This document shows positions 9,904 to 23,785 of a stretch of 32,000 nt of DNA, piece by piece. The stretch lies in assembly GCA_000002975.1 (NCBI GenBank), contig AF083031.2, positions 142,134 to 174,133 of the forward strand, read 5' to 3'. The first letter of the stretch is position 1. Each line of letters begins with the position of its first letter. The notes under the pieces were generated by a model, which worked only from the letters and a program-made list of their open reading frames with translations, was not told where the DNA came from and made no database searches. This DNA is from Guillardia theta nucleomorph. Taxonomy: Eukaryota > Protista > Cryptophyta. The position numbers and the translations under genes are program-made.

Positions 9904-11229
9904 TTAGTATAAATCTTGGTCTTCAAAAGCATCATTATCCATTTTAGCATCTTGATACTGCTGATATTCTGAGACTAGATCTTGCATATTGCTTTCTGCT
10001 TCAGTAAATTCCATTTCATCCATCCCTTCCCCTGTATACCAATGTAAAAAAGCTTTTCTTCTGAACATTGCTTGAAATTGTTCGCCTACTCTTTTAAACA
10101 ATTCTTGGATTGATGTAGAGTTTCCGATAAACGCTGCTGACATTTTCATGCCTTTTGGTGGTATATCACATACAGAAGATTTTATATTATGAGGAATCCA
10201 TTCTACGAAATGTTCAGATTGTTTGTTTTGTATTTCGATCATCTGATCATCTACTTCTTTTGTTGATATTTTTCCTCGAAAATATGCTGCTGCTGTTAAA
10301 TACCTTCCATTTTTAGGATCACAGGCAGCCATCATGTTTTTACTATCAAACATTTGCTGTGTTAGATCATTAACTGTCATTGATCTGTATTGTTGTGATC
10401 CACGAGATCCAAGAGGCGCAAAGCCAACCATGAAAAAATGTAATCTCGGGAAAGGAACCAAATTTACAGCCAACTTTCTAAGATCAGCATTTAGTTGTCC
10501 TGGGAATCTTAATGAACATGTAATTCCTGACATAACAGCTGAAACCAGATGATTTAAATCTCCATAACTAGGAGTTACAAGTTTTAGCGTTCTGAAACAA
10601 ATGTCGTACAAAGCTTCATTATCTATGCAAAATACCTCATCTGCGTTTTCAACTAATTGGTGTATTGATAATGTACAATTATATGGCTCAACAACAGTAT
10701 CAGAAACTTTTGGAGATGGAACAACTGAATATGTGCACATCATTCTATCAGGGTACTCCTCTCTAATTTTAGATATTAACAAAGTTCCCATTCCAGATCC
10801 AGTTCCTCCTCCTAAAGAATGTGCGATTTGAAAACCTTGAAGACACTCGCACTGTTCAGATTCTTTTCTTATAATATCCATTGCAGATTCTATAAGTTCA
10901 GCACCTTCGGTATAGTGCCCTTTTGCCCAGTTGTTTCCCGCTCCAGATTGTCCAAATACAAAATTATCGGGTCTAAAAAGTCTTCCATAATTACTCGCTC
11001 TCACAGAATCCATTGTTCCAGGTTCTAAATCAACTAATACAGCACGTGGGACAAAACGATTTCCCGAAACTTCATTATAATATACATCTATTTTTTCAAT
11101 TTGGTTATCTTTATTACCAAAATAAGTTCCATTAGTGTCTACACCATGTTCATGAGATATTACTTCCCAAAATTTTGCACCAATTTGATTACCACATTGG
11201 CCTACTTGAACATGCACTATTTCTCTCAT
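9904..11229 (-). CDS. tubB: beta-tubulin
   Basis: MREI N-terminus, [21 protein letters not shown] and [20 protein letters not shown]. Confidence 0.99.
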   Translation of the reverse strand: MREIVHVQVGQCGNQIGAKFWEVISHEHGVDTNGTYFGNKDNQIEKIDVYYNEVSGNRFVPRAVLVDLEPGTMDSVRASNYGRLFRPDNFVFGQSGAGNNWAKGHYTEGAELIESAMDIIRKESEQCECLQGFQIAHSLGGGTGSGMGTLLISKIREEYPDRMMCTYSVVPSPKVSDTVVEPYNCTLSIHQLVENADEVFCIDNEALYDICFRTLKLVTPSYGDLNHLVSAVMSGITCSLRFPGQLNADLRKLAVNLVPFPRLHFFMVGFAPLGSRGSQQYRSMTVNDLTQQMFDSKNMMAACDPKNGRYLTAAAYFRGKISTKEVDDQMIEIQNKQSEHFVEWIPHNIKSSVCDIPPKGMKMSAAFIGNSTSIQELFKRVGEQFQAMFRRKAFLHWYTGEGMDEMEFTEAESNMQDLVSEYQQYQDAKMDNDAFEDQDLY

Positions 11230-11242
11230 TATTAGCTAAAAT

Positions 11243-11250
11243 AAAAAAAA
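11243..11250 (-). terminator. Pol III terminator (T8) of tRNA-Arg
   Basis: T8 on the minus strand, 11 nt after the tRNA 3' end. Confidence 0.6.
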
Positions 11251-11261
11251 TTTAAATAGAT

Positions 11262-11342
11262 TATCCTTAGTGGGATTCGAACCCACAACCTTCTATTATA
11301 AATTATAGGAGACAGACGCTCTATCCGTTGAGCTACAAGGAC
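11262..11342 (-). tRNA. trnR: tRNA-Arg(CCT) with 8-nt intron (11298-11305)
   Basis: Acceptor GTCCTTG/TAAGGAT, D stem GCTC/GAGC, anticodon stem TCTGT/ATAGA, anticodon CCT, T arm GTGGG-TTCGAAT-CCCAC. Intron TAATTTAT at 37/38. Confidence 0.93.
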
Positions 11343-11352
11343 ACTAGTTAAT

Positions 11353-11712
11353 ATGTTAAAACTAAATAAAACAAAGAAAAATTTTAAAAGGCATGAAGCA
11401 AAAAAATACAAAAGAATTAATGCCGGATGGCGTAAGCCCAAAGGTATAGATTCGTGTGTTAGAAGAAGGTTTAAAGGTAAAACAAAAATGCCAAATATAG
11501 GATATGGATCATCTAAAAAATCTAGATATCTAGGGAAAACCGGAAGATATATCTTTAAAGTTAAAAGTCCTAAAGAACTAGATTTTTTAATTATGTCAAA
11601 TCTGTTTTATGATATTGAAATATCCAAAAAATTAGGAAAAGAAAAAAAAAAGAAAATAATTGAGAAAGCAATTATATATGATATGAAAGTTACAAACTTC
11701 AAAACCAATTAA
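11353..11712 (+). CDS. rpl32: 60S ribosomal protein L32 (eL32)
   Basis: FKRHE, WRKPKGIDSCVRRRFKG and MPNIGYGS. Confidence 0.96.
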   Translation: MLKLNKTKKNFKRHEAKKYKRINAGWRKPKGIDSCVRRRFKGKTKMPNIGYGSSKKSRYLGKTGRYIFKVKSPKELDFLIMSNLFYDIEISKKLGKEKKKKIIEKAIIYDMKVTNFKTN

Positions 11713-11724
11713 ATTAATAAATCA

Positions 11725-12258
11725 TTATATCTTTATCGTTTCAGCTTTGTTCAAAATTCTTTTTATATTATGAATTTCTTTTAAAGTTAAATTTTTAAAT
11801 TTAATCAAAGTGAAGTTACTATAAAATATGTTTCTGATACAATTGTTAATTTTTAATTTTCGTAATTTTTCCAAATATCTTAATACTTTTTTATAACGAA
11901 TAATCATGAATCCTGTAATTCTTTTAAAATTATAAATATATTTTATATTAATCATAAAAAAAGGAACAATCGACAATGATTTTTTATTTTTTTCTCTATA
12001 AATTATATTATTAATAATTTCTATAATTTCAAACAATTCACAATTAATAATACCAACTTTTTGTAAAATCAAAAATTTCCCAATCCAAAAAGGTACAATA
12101 TAATTTTTTTTTTTTTCACTGCGTTCTTTTAATATTGTGTTAAAAATCAACGTCGATGGTTTATAAATATTACATTCTATCCTAACATATATTTCGTCTT
12201 TGATAAAATTTTTTCCAATCTTAAGATGTTCGAAGTTTAAAAAACATGTTTTTATCAT
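11725..12258 (-). CDS. psf2: probable divergent GINS complex subunit Psf2
   Basis: VPFWIG (cf. VPLWLA), REKNKKSLSIVP, LRKLKI (cf. R..K) and KFKNLTLKEIHNIKRIL (cf. KLDNLTLMEIN). 177 aa fits the Psf2 size. Recognised by eye. Confidence 0.75.
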   Translation of the reverse strand: MIKTCFLNFEHLKIGKNFIKDEIYVRIECNIYKPSTLIFNTILKERSEKKKNYIVPFWIGKFLILQKVGIINCELFEIIEIINNIIYREKNKKSLSIVPFFMINIKYIYNFKRITGFMIIRYKKVLRYLEKLRKLKINNCIRNIFYSNFTLIKFKNLTLKEIHNIKRILNKAETIKI

Positions 12259-12276
12259 GAATATAAAATTTTAAGA

Positions 12277-13422
12277 TTAATAGATTTTATTGTTAGTTAT
12301 AGGATGGATTTCAATTCCTAACTCATTTTCTATACGAAAAAAAGTTTCTAATTCATCTTCGGTTATTAAACTTATAGCAATTCCATGTTTACCGAATCTT
12401 CCCGTTCTACCAATTCGATGTAAATAACTTTCTGAACTTAGTGGCAGATCAAAGTTAACAACTAAATTAATATTTGGTATATCAATACCTCTTGTTATTA
12501 AATCACTTGATACTAATAATTTAGATTTTCCGATTCTAAAATCATGAAATATTTTATTTCTTATATCTAACCTCATCTTTGCATGAATAAAATAACAAGG
12601 ATAGCCAAAATCTGTAATTTTTTTTGCTAATAATTCAACTCTGTTTACAGAGTTGCAAAAAAAAACAGATTGATTTATGTTAACTTTTGACAAAATATTT
12701 TTTATACATTGAATTTTTTTATTTTCTGAAGTGTAAGCATAAAATTGACTAATTTTTTCAAGAACCAATTCGTTCATTAAATTGACTTCAATAGGATTAT
12801 TCATGTACATTTTTTTGATATTTTGAATATGATATGGAAATGTTGCCGAAAAAAGCATTATTTGACTAATTTTATTTTTGTAATGGTTTAAAATTTTCAA
12901 AGTTGTATCATAAACTTCACCTGAAAGAAGTTTATCTGCTTCATCAAGAACTAGTGTTTTACATGTTTTATTAACTTCATTTTTACATAAACAATCATAA
13001 ATTTTTCCTGGGGTACCTAAAAGAATATTAAAATCAATGTTATTTTTATCGATTTTACTATCAACTCCAGTAACTTGTAAATTAATATTTTTCATATATT
13101 TAGATAACTTTCTTAATAAACTTGAAATTTGCAATGCTAATTCTCGAGTTGGAACAAGTATGATAGACTCTATACCATATGATTCTGAGTAAATATTCTG
13201 AAGGATAGGTATAAGAAAAGAAAGTGTTTTACCCGTACCATTTTTAGACCTTGCTAAGATATCTTTGTTATTAATGGCTAAAGGTATTATTTTTTCTTGA
13301 ATTAATGATGGATGTTCGTAACCTAAATCGTTTAATCCTAAAAGTAGATCATTTTTAAGTTTTAAATCTTTAAATTTAAGATTTTCATTTTCATATAGAT
13401 TATTTTTAATGTTAAATAGCAT
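12277..13422 (-). CDS. dhh1: DEAD-box RNA helicase, Dhh1/DDX6 (Ste13) family
   Basis: DILARSKNGTGKT, DEADKLLS, SAT, FCNSVNRVELLAKKIT and YLHRIGRTGRFG. Confidence 0.93.
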   Translation of the reverse strand: MLFNIKNNLYENENLKFKDLKLKNDLLLGLNDLGYEHPSLIQEKIIPLAINNKDILARSKNGTGKTLSFLIPILQNIYSESYGIESIILVPTRELALQISSLLRKLSKYMKNINLQVTGVDSKIDKNNIDFNILLGTPGKIYDCLCKNEVNKTCKTLVLDEADKLLSGEVYDTTLKILNHYKNKISQIMLFSATFPYHIQNIKKMYMNNPIEVNLMNELVLEKISQFYAYTSENKKIQCIKNILSKVNINQSVFFCNSVNRVELLAKKITDFGYPCYFIHAKMRLDIRNKIFHDFRIGKSKLLVSSDLITRGIDIPNINLVVNFDLPLSSESYLHRIGRTGRFGKHGIAISLITEDELETFFRIENELGIEIHPITNNKIY

Positions 13423-13504
13423 TTTATATTAAATTAAAATTTAACTAAATTATATTTTAAATTAATTTAAACTTTTTTATAAATTTTAAATTTGTAATTT
13501 TATA

Positions 13505-13936
13505 ATGAAAATTTGGTATCCAAAAATTATAATCATTTTTCATCATTTCACCTTTCTATGTGATCCGGAATTTTTCATAAGAATACATAAAATTAGAATT
13601 ATTAAACTTGAAGAAATTTTAATACTAATCGATAATTATTGCAAAGTTTTTTATTTGAATATATATTGTTTCCCCACAAATGATCAATGTAGTTTTATAT
13701 CTATTATAGGTTTAACTGTTGCCAATATAATATATTCAAATCATTTTAATTTGATTTCTTTTCTGTTGTTTCCACAATATTGGTTAAGATTTAACAAAAT
13801 TGTAATAAAATTAAAAACAAATAATCTAATAGATAACCTAAACTTACAAATCAATGACCATGAAAGAATTTCATCTGCATTAGAAATAAATAAACTTAGG
13901 ACTATTATACTTCACTCTTATGATAAAAAATTTTAG
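13505..13936 (+). CDS. hypothetical protein, possible miniaturised exosome RNase PH subunit (Rrp42-like)
   Basis: ATG-started 143-aa ORF. IKLEEILI..YCKVFYLNI and C-terminal DHERISSALEINKLRTIILH resemble Rrp42/EXOSC7 blocks. Confidence 0.55.
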   Translation: MKIWYPKIIIIFHHFTFLCDPEFFIRIHKIRIIKLEEILILIDNYCKVFYLNIYCFPTNDQCSFISIIGLTVANIIYSNHFNLISFLLFPQYWLRFNKIVIKLKTNNLIDNLNLQINDHERISSALEINKLRTIILHSYDKKF

Positions 13937-13940
13937 TATT

Positions 13941-16193
13941 TTAAAGATTATTACTTAAATTTTTAATTTCTAATAATTTCCATTTTATAGCCGCTTCCAC
14001 ACCATCATGAATTCTGAGAAAAAACATACTATGATAACTCCCATTTTCAAAATCAATTTTATTTAGTAATTTTCTTACTCTTTCATTTACATTAGCTAAG
14101 CCAAAAAAAATTTTTCTTTTTTTGAATTTTTCCTTAATTTCATTTAGTAATTCTAAACCTGTTGAATCGATATCAGCCATACCTCTACAATCTATCAAAG
14201 TGTAAAAAAGATTCACTGGATTGCAATTCTTATACTCATCTTCTTTTTCTTTTAACTTTTTTCTTAAAACTGATGAATTTACAAAGAAAAGTGGCGCATC
14301 CATTCTCAATAATATGCCTCCAGGTGTATAGATACAATCTTTGTACCATTTTAAGTCCTTATAAACAACTGTTCCAGGAATTCTACCGAGTATCGATACA
14401 GTAGGATTGATTGAAAACCATAATACAATCAAAAGAGAAACTCCTATAGCTATTGCAATTCCCCATTCCACACCAATAAAAAAAGTTGATATGAATGAAA
14501 TCATAAATGCAAAAAAATCTAAAAACCGTATTTTCAATAAGTTTGATGCCTCTTTATAATCAATTAAATTAATAACCGAAACAAGAATTATCGATGCCAG
14601 GGTTACATTTGGCAAAAATGTAAATAATGGTGTAAAAAATAGATAAGTCAAAACTATTACAATTCCAGTTGTTAATCCTGCAATCTGAGTTTTTCCTCCG
14701 ACTTGAGATAAAACAGCAGTTCTACTAAAACTTCCTGCCATTGGAAATGCACTTAGAAAACTACCACATAAATTGGTCATACCAGAACCAATAAGTTCTT
14801 GGTCTGGTACAATTTTATACCCATGTATTTCTCCTATTTTTGATGCAATAGCGATAGTCTCTAAAAAATTTATGAAAGATATTGTTAAAACTACAGGTGC
14901 CACTTTTGTAAATTCATTAAAAATCGGACCTCTTATCTTTGGAAAGCCTTTGGGAATTTTATTTTGAATTGTTATACCAAACCTATTTAATTTAAATGTT
15001 TGAGTTATTAATATTGATAGGATGACACATAATATCGGTCCAGGGAGTTCTAGTTTATAGTTTTTATTAATTAATTTTACCATCTGTAAACAAAAAATGT
15101 TTGCACTACCAAAAAAAAAAGGTTGCCATTTAAATTTGTTAATATTTATTAAATAGCTGATAAGCGTAAACAACGGGTAATGTGATTTTTGAACCGAAAA
15201 ACCAAGTAAGTGTTGAATTTGACTTAAAATAATAACAAATGCTGCAGCAGTGGTAAAACCAGCTATAACTGGATGAGAAATAAAGTTTACAATAAATCCT
15301 ATTTGAACAATACCCATTGAGATTTGAACAATACCAACTGAAAATGCCATTAGTAAAGAAAATGTAATTTTCTCACTTGTTGAGTATTCATGACCTGCAC
15401 TGTTTGTAGATAAAGTTATCTGGGACACCAATAATGAAACTATAGCAACTGGGCCAAAACCTAGGTGTTTTGAGCTACCAAATAAAGGGTATATAAATAG
15501 AGGGATACCCGATGAATATAACCCGTATTCTGGAGGTAATCCTGCTAATTTGGCGTAAGCCATACCTTGAGCTATCAACATCACACCCACTGTAATCCCT
15601 GATATTATATCATCTTTCAAGAAATTATTTATATTGTATTCCTGTAACCAGGTTAAAATTGGAAAATATTTGAAAAGAATCCAAGAGAAAATTTTTTTTG
15701 GATTTTTAAAATTTTTTAAGTTTTTTTTTCTTTCAATTTTTTGAGCATTACATTTTTTATTTTTTTCAAAATTATTAAAAAGTTTTGGTTTAATATTTTT
15801 TGATATATCATAGCTTTTATTTATATCCAGGTAACCTAATAAATTTTTTAAGCCTCTATCGAATAAGTTTTCGTGAATCTTTAAAACTTTTTTAAGAATT
15901 ATATTATATTCAGATTTATTCATTTCATTTTCAAATATTAAATCGCTCAAAAAAAGTTGAAACAATTCATATCTTGAATATAAAATTTTTAGGTTTTTGA
16001 AAAAAATTTCTTTTTCATTTATCAAATGCTTTTTTATGTAAATTTTTTTATTGTCAATTATTTCAAGGTAATTTTTTTTAATGTACATTTCGGGTTTTAT
16101 GTCTATTTTCTTAATTATTTCATTCAAATCCTCCTCTATCTTGTTTTTGGTTATTTCTTTTGAATTTTCATTAATGCTATTTTTTATCGCCAT
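13941..16193 (-). CDS. sut: SulP/SLC26 sulfate permease with STAS domain
   Basis: DIISGITVGVMLIAQGMAYAKLAGLPPEYGLY, GSFSRTA and STAS motifs (RMDAPLFFVN, DIDSTG). Confidence 0.96.
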   Translation of the reverse strand: MAIKNSINENSKEITKNKIEEDLNEIIKKIDIKPEMYIKKNYLEIIDNKKIYIKKHLINEKEIFFKNLKILYSRYELFQLFLSDLIFENEMNKSEYNIILKKVLKIHENLFDRGLKNLLGYLDINKSYDISKNIKPKLFNNFEKNKKCNAQKIERKKNLKNFKNPKKIFSWILFKYFPILTWLQEYNINNFLKDDIISGITVGVMLIAQGMAYAKLAGLPPEYGLYSSGIPLFIYPLFGSSKHLGFGPVAIVSLLVSQITLSTNSAGHEYSTSEKITFSLLMAFSVGIVQISMGIVQIGFIVNFISHPVIAGFTTAAAFVIILSQIQHLLGFSVQKSHYPLFTLISYLININKFKWQPFFFGSANIFCLQMVKLINKNYKLELPGPILCVILSILITQTFKLNRFGITIQNKIPKGFPKIRGPIFNEFTKVAPVVLTISFINFLETIAIASKIGEIHGYKIVPDQELIGSGMTNLCGSFLSAFPMAGSFSRTAVLSQVGGKTQIAGLTTGIVIVLTYLFFTPLFTFLPNVTLASIILVSVINLIDYKEASNLLKIRFLDFFAFMISFISTFFIGVEWGIAIAIGVSLLIVLWFSINPTVSILGRIPGTVVYKDLKWYKDCIYTPGGILLRMDAPLFFVNSSVLRKKLKEKEDEYKNCNPVNLFYTLIDCRGMADIDSTGLELLNEIKEKFKKRKIFFGLANVNERVRKLLNKIDFENGSYHSMFFLRIHDGVEAAIKWKLLEIKNLSNNL

Positions 16194-16257
16194 ATAAATT
16201 TAAATTTTATTAATGTTAAATTTTAATTTATAATACTCTCCAATTATTTATAATAAC

Positions 16258-17415
16258 ATGAATCATAATATTAAAGTTTTTAAAAGAGCAGAAACTTTCG
16301 AAGAAATGGAACTTAAAAGAGAATTACTGAAGGGTATTTATGGTTACGGATTTGAAAGACCTTCATTTATACAACAAAGAGGTATACTTCCAATTATAAA
16401 TAAAGAAGATGTGGTTGCACAATCTCAATCAGGAACAGGTAAGACTGCGACTTTTGTAATCGGAACTTTGCAAAATTTATCTAATATAGAAAATAAAATT
16501 AAAAATTTAGTTTTAGTCCCTACAAGAGAATTAGCTACTCAAGTTGAACAAGTATTTAAATCAATAGGATTTTTTATGAAAATTAAAACCCAGCTTTTAA
16601 CAGGAGGTGACAGAATTCAGATTACCAACAAAGAACAATACAAAAAACCCCAAATAGTTATCGGAACTCCCGGTAAAGTCCTTGATTCTCTGTCAAAAAA
16701 AACATATTATATTGAAAATCTTGAATATCTGGTTGTTGATGAAGCTGATGAAATGTTTTCAAGAGGTTTTAAAATTCAAGTTTTAAAAATTATAAAATAT
16801 CTTCCATTAGAAGCGAAGATTGCGCTTTTTTCCGCTACTATGCCGATTGAAACTCTGGAGATCGTCGAGTTGTTCATGACTAATCCTGTGAAAATTCTAG
16901 TCAAAAAAGACGAATTAACACTTGAAGGTATAAAGCAATTTTATATAGCAATAGAAAAGGAGGAGTGGAAACTAGATTCGGTTATTGAAATTTACTCTAA
17001 AATTAAAATTACTCAATCAATTATATATGTTAACACAAGGAGAAAAACAGAATGGCTTGCAAATATTATGAAAAAATATGGTTTTGATGTAGGATATCTT
17101 CACGGAGAAATGCTTCAAATTGATAGATCATCTGTTATGAAAGACTTTAGATCTGGATTATTTAGAATATTGATTTCAACCGATTTAGTATCAAGAGGTA
17201 TTGATATTCAACAGGTTTGTTTAGTAATTAACTATGATCTTCCAAAACTAAAAGAAGTTTATATTCATAGAATTGGGAGGTCAGGTAGATTTGGTCGTAA
17301 AGGTGTAGCAATTAATTTTCTATCAAGATCAGATGTTTCAATACTTAGAAGTATAGAGGGTTACTATAATACTAACATTGAAGAAATGCCAAATGATATT
17401 TCCGAATTCCTCTGA
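16258..17415 (+). CDS. eif4A: translation initiation factor eIF4A
   Basis: GIYGYGFERPS.IQQR, AQSQSGTGKT, DEADEM, KKDELTLEGIKQFY and HRIGRSGRFGRKG. Confidence 0.96.
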   Translation: MNHNIKVFKRAETFEEMELKRELLKGIYGYGFERPSFIQQRGILPIINKEDVVAQSQSGTGKTATFVIGTLQNLSNIENKIKNLVLVPTRELATQVEQVFKSIGFFMKIKTQLLTGGDRIQITNKEQYKKPQIVIGTPGKVLDSLSKKTYYIENLEYLVVDEADEMFSRGFKIQVLKIIKYLPLEAKIALFSATMPIETLEIVELFMTNPVKILVKKDELTLEGIKQFYIAIEKEEWKLDSVIEIYSKIKITQSIIYVNTRRKTEWLANIMKKYGFDVGYLHGEMLQIDRSSVMKDFRSGLFRILISTDLVSRGIDIQQVCLVINYDLPKLKEVYIHRIGRSGRFGRKGVAINFLSRSDVSILRSIEGYYNTNIEEMPNDISEFL

Positions 17416-17465
17416 GTATTATTTTAATTTAAGATTTATCTTTATCGTTAAGAAAAATTATAATT

Positions 17466-17993
17466 TTAGATATCACATATTTCTAGGTTCAAGTCGGTAT
17501 CAATAATATTAATTGCATTACCAGGTTTAACTTCGACAATGTTGAGCCAATATATATTATTATTATATTCAATAGAAATTGTATTTTTTTTAGTAAGCGA
17601 TGTATATTTTCTTAAGTTTAATTCTAATATGGCTTTAGGATTAGATATCTGAAAAAATTCCTTTTGCTGAGGTTGTATTTTAAGGAAATAGCCTTTTTCA
17701 AGACATTTTTGTATAAAACATAAAGGAGAACCTTCGTTGATTTCTAAATTTTTAAACATCCAATAAGGGATGTATGCACAACCATCATCGCTGGTAAATT
17801 CGTAAACACCACAGTGACATTTTTTATTATTATCAAGATTCAAAATTTCAAAAATTATAGGATTTAGGTCATCATTTTGATTCAAGTAATTTAATATAGA
17901 CTGAGGAAGTACTATTTTATCGCCATTCTCAAGAAATGATTTTCCGATAAAACTTAGAGGATAAGTTTTAAGTGTGAATTCTAAGCGTTTCAT
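17466..17993 (-). CDS. ufd1: ubiquitin fusion degradation protein Ufd1 (N-terminal UT3 domain only)
   Basis: GDKIVLPQS, HCGVYEF, YIPYWM, SNPKAILELNLR and AINIIDTDLNLE. ATG at 17993 (the track start is TTG). Confidence 0.93.
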   Translation of the reverse strand: MKRLEFTLKTYPLSFIGKSFLENGDKIVLPQSILNYLNQNDDLNPIIFEILNLDNNKKCHCGVYEFTSDDGCAYIPYWMFKNLEINEGSPLCFIQKCLEKGYFLKIQPQQKEFFQISNPKAILELNLRKYTSLTKKNTISIEYNNNIYWLNIVEVKPGNAINIIDTDLNLEICDI

Positions 17994-18080
17994 TACTATC
18001 AAATATATTTAAAAACTATGTTATTAAAATTTATGAGGTCTAATTTATATGATGCGTTGTCTGTGTTGTTCTGAGTAGGA

Positions 18081-18830
18081 TCATGTTTTTTTGTAGAGGC
18101 ATAAAACGGAGTAGATATTAGAAAATGCTTGGAAGATGTCATTCCTCTGTTTAGCCCCAGTCAATACCAGTTTTCCACTGACGAAAATCAGTAGGACTAC
18201 TTTTGGGGTGATCATTCTGTAGATCAATCCTGGAAATAATTCTGGTTCGTAAGAGCAGAACTGGTTGTGTGCGTGGGCCAAACTTTCCAATCTAATAGGG
18301 AATCGCACATCACATGAGGCTACGATGTTTTGAATTCTAAAGTCAATGAATTTGGCATGTCCATAACCTAATCTTTGGATTATTCGAGCGTATTTTTTAC
18401 ATGCAACTCTCGCCGAATCTTCCGATTTAGCTCCGGTCACGACCATCTTTCCAGATGAGAAGATTAGAGCCGTTGTCTTAGGATCTCGAATACGCATAAT
18501 AACCGCTGCAAATCGCCTAGGGTTATATTCTGCATTCCTAGCTTTTAATGCGATTCTCTTCAGATCTAATTGTATTCCCAGGCTGACAGTGGAAACGACA
18601 TTTTGAATGTTAGGTGTGATCTCGTTCGCTCTGACCGCTCGAAATGGAACAACAGACGATTGTGCCTCTGTAGATGGTCCTCGAGTTCGAATAACATCAA
18701 AGGCATGGAGATTTTTCCCTTGAAAAAACACATTGTTGCTAGTATTGTTTGTTTTTCTTAAAATTATGTCATCGATAGATTGCTGAGAAATTCCTTGTGT
18801 TGAATTTTTTTCTTCCTTAGAACAGATCAT
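18081..18830 (-). CDS. tbp: TATA-binding protein (TFIID)
   Basis: Two TBP repeats: [30 protein letters not shown] and [20 protein letters not shown]. About 70-aa N-terminal extension. Confidence 0.98.
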   Translation of the reverse strand: MICSKEEKNSTQGISQQSIDDIILRKTNNTSNNVFFQGKNLHAFDVIRTRGPSTEAQSSVVPFRAVRANEITPNIQNVVSTVSLGIQLDLKRIALKARNAEYNPRRFAAVIMRIRDPKTTALIFSSGKMVVTGAKSEDSARVACKKYARIIQRLGYGHAKFIDFRIQNIVASCDVRFPIRLESLAHAHNQFCSYEPELFPGLIYRMITPKVVLLIFVSGKLVLTGAKQRNDIFQAFSNIYSVLCLYKKT

Positions 18831-19082
18831 CAGAGGATTTTATTTTTTATTTTTTTATTTTGGAAAAAAGAAAAGAGAAAACGAGAGGAAACGCTTCAAT
18901 CGATAAAAATTGAAGATGAGGCTTGTAGGAATATATTTGAACAAGAGAACCTGGTGCACCTCGCTTCGACATCTACTTGAGGTAATCAGCATGGGTTCGA
19001 ATTGGCAGAGTTTTTTGAGCTAGGATCCCATTACAACCAGGGTTTCTATAGAGCAAGGGATTTTATATACATATATATTTGG

Positions 19083-19102
19083 GTGTGTGTGTGTGTGTGT
19101 GT
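19083..19102 (+). repeat. (GT)10 microsatellite
   Basis: Directly visible in the sequence. Confidence 0.85.
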
Positions 19103-19293
19103 ATGAGATATCTGACTGGTTTTTAGTCCTCCTTTTTCTTTTTTTTTTTCATCCTGTGCGTTCCTTTTTCCTTCACGAGACGAGGTGGGTCCTATGGTTG
19201 ACGATCCTTGTCGTACCCTTTCTAGAGAAGGAGGACATGGGTGCTTTTTGTGCTTATCAATTCAAACCCACTATGTAATTTACGATAGTTTCC

Positions 19294-23785
<4,492 letters not shown>

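Noticed and set aside
11232-11441. 69-aa minus-strand ORF
   Set aside because: Runs through tRNA-Arg and antisense to rpl32.
18030-18076. ATGATG...CTGA resembling a C/D snoRNA on the + strand
   Set aside because: The boxes are only ~26 nt apart, there is no good upstream box C, and the only rRNA match (18S near 25495-25510) relies on six G-U pairs.
18945-19016. tRNA-like A-box/B-box spacing
   Set aside because: The T stem and acceptor stem do not pair, so it is not a tRNA.
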